Of a stretch of DNA of 24,000 nucleotides, positions 15,751 through 22,640 are shown piece after piece. Numbering within the stretch: the first letter of the stretch is position 1; every line of letters begins with the position of its first letter. The stretch spans positions 30,389-54,388 of the forward strand of contig JAFGDY010000227.1 in NCBI GenBank assembly GCA_016931895.1. The letters run 5' to 3'. A program made the translations under genes and the position numbers. This DNA comes from Anaerolineae bacterium. GTDB taxonomy: Bacteria > Chloroflexota > Anaerolineae > 4572-78 > J111. A model generated the notes under the pieces. It had not been told where the DNA came from and did not search any database. It was given only the letters and a program-made list of their open reading frames with translations.

Positions 15751-16494
15751 TTACACTAATGTATCCATTAAATCATTGATATGGTAAAAACCGGTTTTAG
15801 TCTGGATGAACTCCGCGGCCAGCAGCGCGCCGGCGGCAAAACCTTCCCGGCCACGGGCCGTGTGTTTGATCTCTATGGTGTCCACCGGGCTGTCAAACAT
15901 CACCAGGTGCGTGCCGGGGATGGCCCCGCCGCGGCTGCTGGAAAAGTGCAACTCGTCCGGCTCTATTTTCCGGTCGAGTTTGTTGTAAACCAGCTTTTGT
16001 TTGCGCTCAAGATGGTCCAGCAGAATCTGGCCCAGCATAGCGGCTGTGCCCGAGGGCGAGTCGGCCTTGTGCCTGTGGTGAAATTCGTGCCCCAATACAT
16101 CGTAATCAGGCAGGTTGTTGAAAACCCTGGCCGCATACGCCACCAGCCTGAAAAGGGCATTGACGCCAAGAGAAAAATTGCCAGACCAGATCAGACCCAC
16201 CCGGTTGGCCTCGACGACCTGTTTTACCTCATCCAGTTGCTCGTACCAGCCGGTGGTGCCAATGACCATCTTCTTACCCAGGGCGGCGATCTGCCGGATG
16301 TTGTTCACCACCACTTGCGGGTGAGTGAAATCCAGGCAAACCTCCGCCCCTGAAATTGCCTCCTGCGTGATTTTTTTATAACAGCCTTCGGCGTAAGGGT
16401 CAACAATGGCCACAATGTGGTGCCCCTTTTCCGTAGCCAGGGTTTCGATGATTTTTCCCATTTTGCCGTAACCGATAAGCGCCAAGTTTGTCAT
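15751..16494 (-). CDS. dapB: 4-hydroxy-tetrahydrodipicolinate reductase
   Basis: Start moved to ATG 16494 (MTNLALIGYGKMGK..., preceded by AGGAG). It has DFTHP, VIGTTGW and the EFHHRHKADSPSGTA motif. 247 aa. Confidence 0.9.
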   Translation of the reverse strand: MTNLALIGYGKMGKIIETLATEKGHHIVAIVDPYAEGCYKKITQEAISGAEVCLDFTHPQVVVNNIRQIAALGKKMVIGTTGWYEQLDEVKQVVEANRVGLIWSGNFSLGVNALFRLVAYAARVFNNLPDYDVLGHEFHHRHKADSPSGTAAMLGQILLDHLERKQKLVYNKLDRKIEPDELHFSSSRGGAIPGTHLVMFDSPVDTIEIKHTARGREGFAAGALLAAEFIQTKTGFYHINDLMDTLV

Positions 16495-16615
16495 GGTTAG
16501 CTCCTGTGGGCTGCGCCCCTTGTAAGCGTATTTATAATTTACCAATGTGAACTTGCCGGAATTCATGGCCGCCTACCGTCGCCCCCGCATTTTGGCCCGG
16601 CAAATTATTTGGAAC

Positions 16616-16643
16616 ATTGTAAGGAGAAATCAATTCTTGGCAA
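16616..16643 (-). promoter_or_regulatory. Candidate sigma70-type promoter of the dapB-dapA-asd-lysA-dapL operon
   Basis: The minus strand reads TTGCCA (16643..16638), a 16-nt spacer, then TACAAT (16621..16616). An A/T-rich tract (AAAAAAAATTT) sits immediately upstream. It lies about 120 nt upstream of the dapB ATG. Confidence 0.55.
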
Positions 16644-16792
16644 AATTTTTTTTAGAATTGGCCGTGCGGGGAATGAAAAATGAAACTTTTTCGATATATC
16701 AAATAAATAGACAAAAATTTGCACCCTTGTTGGTTAAACAAGACGACTATTTGTCTATATCAACCAAATTGTCCTGCCAAAAGTATGCGGGA

Positions 16793-16838
16793 ACCAAAAA
16801 ACAAACCCACAAGGTGTTACCGGCCTCATGGGTTTGTT
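16793..16838 (-). terminator. Probable rho-independent terminator after the LarA-like gene
   Basis: The minus strand has AACAAACCCA (16838..16829), a 19-nt loop, TGGGTTTGTT (16809..16800), then TTTTTGG. It lies 40 nt downstream of the stop at 16878. The loop is larger than ideal. Confidence 0.6.
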
Positions 16839-16877
16839 CTTGACCAAACAGAAATTCTATGCCAGGTAACAAACTCG

Positions 16878-18137
16878 TTACCCCGGCTTGACCCGGTATA
16901 ACATCTCCCCGGCTTTGGGTACTACCAGAATGCCTTCAGCTTCGCGGCCCTGCCATTCGTTAAGCTTAACCTGGGCCGGGTCCAGATAACCTAAATTCAA
17001 CCGGCGGCAGCGTTCCGCCGGGATGCCGGTGGCCAATGTAACCTTAAGGCGCGGCGTTTCAATGCCTGTTTCGGCGTTATACGCGCCCATCCCGCGTAAA
17101 TGGGTGCTATGAGCCAGCACCCCGCCGGGATAGGCTTTGAACTTATCCCACTGCTGCAAAAAGTAATCCCGCACGTGGTAGCCGATCTCATCCAGGTATT
17201 GGCCGTGGGTGTAGCTGACCTCGTTAATGTGCGGGGCGTAGATCACCACTTCGCCGCCATCAGCAATGGCCGGTTCCATTTTGTACATTCCCTTGGCCCC
17301 GGTCCACAGATCGTCGTACATTTCCGGCATCACGGCCAGCACGCGCCGGTAGGGCCGATCCACCCACTTGATGTGCAGTTTGGCCGACAAATCCGCCGCG
17401 GCCTCGTAAGCCTCTTCTGGGGTGCTGATGTAAAGCCCGGCCAGGTTAGTGCCGGTGACTACCATGCTAAAGCACAGCTTGGGCCGGTCAATAAAGGAGG
17501 CAGCTTTGTCAATTACCTGGCGCACAGGCGTATGTTTGGTGCCGATCACGTTATAACTGGTGATAACCGCGCCCAGCCAGTGGGAAAAATTGATCACCTC
17601 TGCGCCGCCGATGCCAGGGAAAAAATATTTGTTGCCGCCGGAAAAGCCCACCACCTCATGGGGAAAGGTAGGGCCGCAAATGATGATTTGGTCGTAGTCA
17701 AAGACCAGTTTATTGAGTCTGATCTCCACAGTCTGGCGCATCAGTCCGCCGGTGATTTCCGCTATTTCTGTTTCGGTAATTTGGCCCAGGGTCACAAATG
17801 TTTCCGGCGTGTCCCAATGATGGTTGAAGATATTGACCCGCCCATAGAGGCCGCGGCGTTCCTCTGGCGTTACCCCAACCAATTTATTGATGGCCGCTTC
17901 GCTCATGGGCTGGTGCGTGCCCAGGGCAATCAGGTAATCCAGGGCAGCCACGGAAGCACCCAAACATTCGTGAAACAGCCGGAACATTTGGGGCATTGGC
18001 GCGGTGCGAGTGCTGTCTGGGATGATGATGAGCACTCGTTTGCCGGCCAGTTTTGCCTGGGCCAGCGCCGCCGACATCAAATCACGAATTTCGTTTTCGG
18101 TTAAATGTTTGTTTTCATAACCCTGGCCAATGAGCAT
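16878..18137 (-). CDS. LarA-like protein (nickel-pincer-nucleotide dependent 2-hydroxyacid racemase/epimerase superfamily; lactate racemase domain)
   Basis: The track start is 18149. ATG 18137 is preceded by GGAGG with a 5-nt spacer, so I prefer it. RVLIIIPDSTRTAP (compare the SD.TRP motif), ALGTHQPM, and PHEVVGFSGGNKYFFPG (His plus the cofactor-tethering Lys context) follow the LarA N-terminal and catalytic patterns. Confidence 0.78.
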   Translation of the reverse strand: MLIGQGYENKHLTENEIRDLMSAALAQAKLAGKRVLIIIPDSTRTAPMPQMFRLFHECLGASVAALDYLIALGTHQPMSEAAINKLVGVTPEERRGLYGRVNIFNHHWDTPETFVTLGQITETEIAEITGGLMRQTVEIRLNKLVFDYDQIIICGPTFPHEVVGFSGGNKYFFPGIGGAEVINFSHWLGAVITSYNVIGTKHTPVRQVIDKAASFIDRPKLCFSMVVTGTNLAGLYISTPEEAYEAAADLSAKLHIKWVDRPYRRVLAVMPEMYDDLWTGAKGMYKMEPAIADGGEVVIYAPHINEVSYTHGQYLDEIGYHVRDYFLQQWDKFKAYPGGVLAHSTHLRGMGAYNAETGIETPRLKVTLATGIPAERCRRLNLGYLDPAQVKLNEWQGREAEGILVVPKAGEMLYRVKPG

Positions 18138-18207
18138 GGTCACCTCCATCGTTGGTCATAAATACAGAATTAGGCCGGAGAATAAGAAATAACTCACTTC
18201 TATCAAA

Positions 18208-19041
18208 TCATACACCGCTATACGCCGCAAATCCGCCGTCAATGGGCACTACCACGCCGGTTACAAAAGCCGAAGCCGGGGAGAGCAGCCACAGCACGGG
18301 GCCAACCAAATCTTCGGGGCGGCCAAAACGGGCCATGGGCGTGTGGGTAATAATGGCCTGGCCGCGCGGCGTTAAATCGCCGGTTTGTTCGTCGGTCAGA
18401 AGAAAACGGTTTTGATCGGTTATAAAAAAGCCGGGAGCAATGGCATTGACCCGGATGCGGGGCGAATATTCTTGGGCCATGTGCACCGCCAGCCATTGGG
18501 TAAAATTGCTTACCCCGGCCTTGGCCGCCGAATAGGCCGCAATACGGGTGAGAGGACGGAATGCGTTCATGGAAGAGACATTTAAAATAATACCCTCTTT
18601 TTGCTCGGCCATAATTTTGCCAAAAACTTGGCTGGGAATAATGGTGCCCAAAATATTGAGATCAAACACAAACCGCAAGGCGTCGGCGGGTAGGTCAAAA
18701 AAGGATAAATCAGGGGCGGTAGTAGCGCGGGGATTGTTGCCGCCGGCGCCGTTGATCAGGCAATCAACGCGGCCAAATTCCTGGACGATCTGGTCGGCGG
18801 CCTGTTTCATCAAGGCGGCATCCAGAACATCGCCATACGCCACAATAGCTTTGCCGGAGCAGAGGTCCAGCCGGTCAAGCAATCGTTCGGCCAACTCCGG
18901 GTTACGATCTATAATGGCTACGTTGGCCCCAACCTCGGCCAGGGCGCAGGCCAACTCACCACCCAATATCCCGGCCCCGCCGGTAATCACCACCGAGCGG
19001 CCGGTGAAATCGTATAATTTGGTGAGTTCCTCAAGATACAT
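18208..19041 (-). CDS. SDR-family oxidoreductase, UxuB/D-mannonate oxidoreductase-like
   Basis: Start moved to ATG 19041 (MYLEELTKLYDFTGRSVVITGGAGILGGE, AGGAG upstream). It has NGAGGN, catalytic YSAAKAGVSNFTQ (YxxxK) and the C-terminus PIDGGFAAYSGV, typical of the long UxuB-like SDR subgroup. 277 aa. Confidence 0.8.
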   Translation of the reverse strand: MYLEELTKLYDFTGRSVVITGGAGILGGELACALAEVGANVAIIDRNPELAERLLDRLDLCSGKAIVAYGDVLDAALMKQAADQIVQEFGRVDCLINGAGGNNPRATTAPDLSFFDLPADALRFVFDLNILGTIIPSQVFGKIMAEQKEGIILNVSSMNAFRPLTRIAAYSAAKAGVSNFTQWLAVHMAQEYSPRIRVNAIAPGFFITDQNRFLLTDEQTGDLTPRGQAIITHTPMARFGRPEDLVGPVLWLLSPASAFVTGVVVPIDGGFAAYSGV

Positions 19042-19126
19042 ATTTTGATCTCCTTTGAATATTGGCAAATGGATGGATAATATAGGCGTCTGGAGAATGA
19101 GATTTTTATAGTCCAATGCGTTAATT

Positions 19127-19144
19127 TATGCACACGTGTGCATA
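19127..19144. promoter_or_regulatory. Perfect 18-bp palindrome TATGCACACGTGTGCATA; candidate operator in the divergent control region
   Basis: Read directly: TATGCACAC/GTGTGCATA is exactly self-complementary. It lies 86 bp upstream of the SDR start (19041) and about 330 bp upstream of the 19476 gene. Confidence 0.5.
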
Positions 19145-19397
19145 GGAGAGCATTATATCGCATTATGGAAAGGCTGTCAATCTTAAGCCAGGCCCGGGGA
19201 CTATCCCAATTTTTTGATAGGGTAGACACAGGACAATATCCTGTCTCTACGGCCAGAATTTTGGAGCCAACCCCAGGGTCAAATTGGGCAAACCAGGGAA
19301 TTTTGAATAGGCGGCAAAAGGCCGTAACGTTGCTATAAGGGGTGATTGAGGGCCTCGGCCAACCGGCTGATCGAGGATGATTTATTAATTGGCCAGT

Positions 19398-19425
19398 TTG
19401 CCCGTTATCGCAAAATCGGTAGAAT
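19398..19425 (+). promoter_or_regulatory. Candidate sigma70-type promoter for the 19476 gene
   Basis: TTGCCC (19398..19403), a 16-nt spacer, then TAGAAT (19420..19425), about 50 nt upstream of the ATG at 19476. Confidence 0.45.
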
Positions 19426-19475
19426 GACAGTATCAGACCCTATTCTGACAAAGTAAAGCATGGCAAGATATAGTT

Positions 19476-21104
19476 ATGAGCGAACAGTCTGAAAAAGAGA
19501 CAATCCTGAACACAACTCTGTATACCCTGGTTAGGCACGTTGGTTTAACGCCGCAAGAAGTGGCTCAGTTGCGTTTGTCTGACCTGCACCTGGCCGGCAA
19601 AAACCCCCATCTTAGCTTTAAGCCTGAGGGGAGTGACACGCCCAAAACAATGGAGCTTGATTTGGAAGCGCACCGGGCCTTAGTCGGCTGGCTGGTAGCT
19701 CGACCGGACTCGATTGGCGATTTTTTGTTCCCGGGGCAAAGTACCGAAGCCATGGACTGGCAGGAGATACAACAGCTTGTGGGCAAGGCCGCAAAAACCC
19801 AACCTCCTTCTCCGGCGGACAAGCCGCCCGATCCTGGCCGCTCAAAAACTTCAGAGGCAAAAACAAAACGGCCTTCGGCCAGCGAAATGTTCGATAGAGC
19901 TTCCCGCCCGGCCCCGCCGCCTTCCGCGCCGGAACTGGGCGTGCCCCCGCCGGGCCTGGCCGGTCTCAGGCCCGTTGCTTTCCAGCCGCCGCCAACCGCG
20001 CCGGAAGAGGACAAACCGGTTAATATTCCCTTACCGACCTCCAGGCCCAAACCGCCGCCCACCCGTCCGCCCCGGCCCGTGCCTGTCCCGGTTACTCCGC
20101 AGGATAGACTGGAACGATCCGCTCCGGCTGATAAACCCGGGCGGCCTTCGCCAGCTTTGAAAAAAGAGGATGCGATTGGGGTGAAGTCTTCGCCGGAAAG
20201 GAAACAAGAAGAGTCTCAAGGCAGCAAATTTGGGCAATCTGAGAGTTTTTCCCCAGAGAAAAAAGGCGACCTAACCGGCTCGCGGCCCAACAAACGCATG
20301 GGCCAATTGACTGCTCAAGAAGCCCCGGCCAAAGGCTCAAGTATATGGCCCCGGCTGGCAATGGGGATGGTGACCTTTGTGCTGGTTTTGTTATGCGCGG
20401 TGTGTGTCGGCGGGGGTTGGCTGGTTTGGCAAAGCGAAGCCGGCGACGAGGTATTGGCCCGGCTGGGCCTGTCGGATACGGCTGCGGGATCATTCCCAAA
20501 TGAAAGCGATATTATGGCCTCTTTAACGCCGCCCCTGAATTCGCCGCTGCCAACGCCCACTTTACCTCCCACCTCAACGCCCACGTCCCTCCCGCCTACT
20601 GACACCCCACCGCCTACAGATACAGCCACGCCGGTTCCTACGGATACTCCCTTACCGCCACCTACGGATACGCCTATCCCGGCCGACACGCCTACCCCTC
20701 TTCCTACCGATACCCCTGTTTCCGCCGCCCCCACCGACACCCCACCGCCGCCCGATACCCCCACCCCGGCCATAAAGTATCAGGCTCCCGTATTATTGGA
20801 GCCAAAAGATGGTACCGATTTTAACAGCGGCAATACCATTGTGTTGCGCTGGCAATCGGTGGGCGAGTTGGCTCCAGATGAACAATACGCCATTCGGTTG
20901 ATTTATGAATTCCAGGGCGAAACAACTTATCAAGGAACAAACATCAAAGAAACAGAGTGGACCATTCCCTTATCTCTTTACGGCCAGATTGATGGCCCGG
21001 AAAATCGTTACGAATGGTTTGTGGTGGTAGAACGACTCAACGACGACGGTTCCGGCACTGCCGTTAGCCCAGAAAGCGAAAAACGTACCTTCAGTTGGAG
21101 ATAA
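19476..21104 (+). CDS. Membrane-anchored protein: degenerate integrase-like N-terminal module, long Pro-rich cytoplasmic region, one TM, PTDTP-repeat linker, ~110-aa extracytoplasmic beta-rich domain
   Basis: 542 aa. The N-terminus LYTLVRHVGLTPQEVAQLRLSDLHL...LSFKPEGSDTPKTMELDLEAHRALVGWLVARPD..DFLFPG mimics the first half of a tyrosine-recombinase catalytic domain. TGLR is replaced by VGLT, and no HxxR or Tyr follows. The TM is MGMVTFVLVLLCAVCVGGGWLVW. The PT repeats span 20527..20770. The C-terminal domain reads APVLLEPKDGTDFNSGNTIVLRWQSVGELAPDEQYAIRL...YEWFVVVERL. Confidence 0.7.
   Translation: MSEQSEKETILNTTLYTLVRHVGLTPQEVAQLRLSDLHLAGKNPHLSFKPEGSDTPKTMELDLEAHRALVGWLVARPDSIGDFLFPGQSTEAMDWQEIQQLVGKAAKTQPPSPADKPPDPGRSKTSEAKTKRPSASEMFDRASRPAPPPSAPELGVPPPGLAGLRPVAFQPPPTAPEEDKPVNIPLPTSRPKPPPTRPPRPVPVPVTPQDRLERSAPADKPGRPSPALKKEDAIGVKSSPERKQEESQGSKFGQSESFSPEKKGDLTGSRPNKRMGQLTAQEAPAKGSSIWPRLAMGMVTFVLVLLCAVCVGGGWLVWQSEAGDEVLARLGLSDTAAGSFPNESDIMASLTPPLNSPLPTPTLPPTSTPTSLPPTDTPPPTDTATPVPTDTPLPPPTDTPIPADTPTPLPTDTPVSAAPTDTPPPPDTPTPAIKYQAPVLLEPKDGTDFNSGNTIVLRWQSVGELAPDEQYAIRLIYEFQGETTYQGTNIKETEWTIPLSLYGQIDGPENRYEWFVVVERLNDDGSGTAVSPESEKRTFSWR
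20527..20770 (+). repeat. Degenerate coding tandem repeat (CCN-ACN-GAY-ACN, P-T-D-T units) inside the 19476 gene
   Basis: At least 8 units are readable, such as cctactgacacc, cctacagataca, cctacggatact, cctacggatacg, cctaccgatacc and cccaccgacacc. They encode PPTDTPPPTDTATPVPTDTPLPPPTDTPIPADTPTPLPTDTP... Confidence 0.7.
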
Positions 21105-21288
21105 AAAATCATTCAAAGAAAAGGCATAATATTTGGTGGCAGGAATAACCCTATCTGACAATTGGATGGCTTCGGCAAAACAAACCGGCGCTGAAAATTG
21201 GTATGTTGACCCTTTTACCAAACGAAGGGGAGGTCATACACCCGGTCAGGGTGATGATGATTGCGATTGTGGCTGTCCTTACAACGCC

Positions 21289-21537
21289 ATGTCCAAGGTA
21301 GAGCAGTTGCCCCTTATTGAGAAAATCGCCCGGATATTTCCTAACGAATGGTTAGCGTTCGTCATTTCTCCAGAAGAGGATGATGATTACGAGCCGGTCC
21401 ACGGCAAGCTTATTGCTCATAGCCCCAATCCCGACGAAGTTTACGATGCGGTAGATACCGTATTGTGGAATCAACATGTTTATATTTTTTTCAATGGTGA
21501 TTTGCCAGCTATGTTAGCCAGTTATGGCGATGGTTGA
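21289..21537 (+). CDS. Hypothetical small protein (DUF5678-like pattern, weak)
   Basis: The frame is open from TTG 21133 (134 aa), but no SD is seen for any start. I list the ATG 21289 version (MSKVEQLPLIEKIARIFPNEWLAFVISPEEDDDYEPVHGKLIAHSPNPDEVYDAV...). The W(L/V)A(F/I)V...GK(L/V)IAHS..P.EVY pattern recalls small DUF5678-type proteins. Codon use is AT3-rich relative to its neighbours. Confidence 0.4.
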   Translation: MSKVEQLPLIEKIARIFPNEWLAFVISPEEDDDYEPVHGKLIAHSPNPDEVYDAVDTVLWNQHVYIFFNGDLPAMLASYGDG

Positions 21538-21872
21538 GGGTAAAACGAGGGCGATGGTTTTGCTTGTGATGATGGGTTAAAATCCCTTAAAAATTGGGGG
21601 TTCCATTTGCTAAAAAATATGATATACTTAGTTAGTTCATAATAGCGCATTTTTTTTACACCCCGTTTATCGGCCTTCAATCCAATATTTAATTCCCATT
21701 ATTTGTTTTTACTTTAAAAATGTAGAGAAATCGGCCAGCAGACAGCCAAACTATTCATCATTCCAGATAGGCTCAAAACACTCTCTCTTCGCTCAACTGT
21801 TCTATTAGACTTTAGACTACTCACAACAAAATATTAATGGTTGCACTTTTCAAAGAAGAAAAGGAGGATACC

Positions 21873-22640
21873 ATGAATAATCTTTGTCAACGGCAATGGC
21901 TTGGCCAACTAGGGTACCAACGGGCTTTGGAACTTCAGAAGGAGTTAGTTGCCAAACGAACTGTCGGGGAAATTCCTGACACTTTGTTATTTCTGGAACA
22001 CCCACCTACCTACACCCTGGGCGCTGATGCTCATCGAGGGCACTTACTCATCAGCCAGCAGGAGATGGCGCGACTCAACATTGCCTATTATACGGCAGAT
22101 CGGGGCGGCCCGATTTTTTTCCATTGTCCCGGGCAGTTGGTAGTTTATCCAATTTTGAAGTTAGGCCAAAATTGTTACAATTACCATGATTACATCAAGC
22201 TTATAGAAAGCGTTATTATTCGGGCCTTATCGTTCTTTGAGGTCCGGGCTTTTCGACAACCAGGGCAAGGCGGGATCTGGGTGCTTTCTGGCACCCAACG
22301 CAAATATAGCCAATTTGATAGTGCGGTGGCCAAAATAGGCGCTGTAGGGGTAAAAGTAAATCGGGCTAATGTCACTAGCCATGGTTTTTGGATTAACGTT
22401 AATCCCAGTTTACAATATTTTGATCTAATCATGCCGGGCGGGGTCAAAGACGGTCACATCACCTCCCTGCACCATGTTTTAAATGAGCCTATAGAAGTGG
22501 GGGCGGTCATTGAACCGGTGCTGCAAGCCTTTTGCCAGATTTTTGCCTTAGAACCACTTTCGCTAACAACGCCCGCGCCAACAAGTCAAAATTTTAGCTG
22601 GCGCACCCCTAAATTAATGGTTGATGCCAAATTTAATTGA
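21873..22640 (+). CDS. lipB: Lipoyl(octanoyl) transferase LipB homolog (atypical: catalytic Cys position is Gly)
   Basis: Start moved to ATG 21873, with AAGGAGG 5 nt upstream. It has [43 protein letters not shown] and [23 protein letters not shown]. This is colinear with E. coli LipB except that PCG reads PGG and HGPGQ reads HCPGQ. It overlaps the lipA start by 17 nt. Confidence 0.8.
   Translation: MNNLCQRQWLGQLGYQRALELQKELVAKRTVGEIPDTLLFLEHPPTYTLGADAHRGHLLISQQEMARLNIAYYTADRGGPIFFHCPGQLVVYPILKLGQNCYNYHDYIKLIESVIIRALSFFEVRAFRQPGQGGIWVLSGTQRKYSQFDSAVAKIGAVGVKVNRANVTSHGFWINVNPSLQYFDLIMPGGVKDGHITSLHHVLNEPIEVGAVIEPVLQAFCQIFALEPLSLTTPAPTSQNFSWRTPKLMVDAKFN

Noticed and set aside
16495-16800. Lysine riboswitch (L-box) or T-box upstream of dapB
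   Set aside because: I read the minus-strand leader and could not find the conserved L-box core or a T-box specifier/antiterminator arrangement. The transcribed leader implied by the promoter candidate is only ~120 nt.
17100-18104. 334-aa plus-strand ORF antisense to the LarA-like gene
   Set aside because: It is a shadow ORF. It has no motifs, while the minus-strand frame has family-typical motifs and an SD.
19138-19338. 66-aa plus-strand ORF and a 10-codon uORF at 19459 in the divergent spacer
   Set aside because: Neither has an SD or recognisable motifs. The ORF overlaps the palindrome/operator region and lies upstream of the promoter candidate, and the uORF is out of frame and tiny.
19476-19800. 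Tyrosine recombinase / integrative mobile element
   Set aside because: Only a fragment-like similarity to the first half of the catalytic domain is present. The catalytic Arg position is Thr, and no HxxR or Tyr nucleophile region follows. I saw no att-like direct repeats, tRNA target or other mobile-element genes.
20527-20770. Possible CRISPR-like or non-coding tandem repeat
   Set aside because: The units are ~12 nt, degenerate, in-frame and encode P-T-D-T linkers inside a long ORF. There is no repeat-spacer architecture and no cas genes.
19565-20773. Minus-strand ORFs 19565..20062, 20092..20499 and 20315..20773 (Gly/Val-rich) opposite the 19476 gene
   Set aside because: They are the complement of Pro/Thr-rich coding repeats (CCN/ACN give GGN/NGT), an expected artefact with no independent start or SD signals.
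21133-21288. N-terminal 52-codon extension of the small ORF (TTG start, contains DCDCGCPYN)
   Set aside because: There is no SD before TTG 21133 or ATG 21166, and no recognisable domain. I keep it only as an alternative start for the 21289..21537 CDS.
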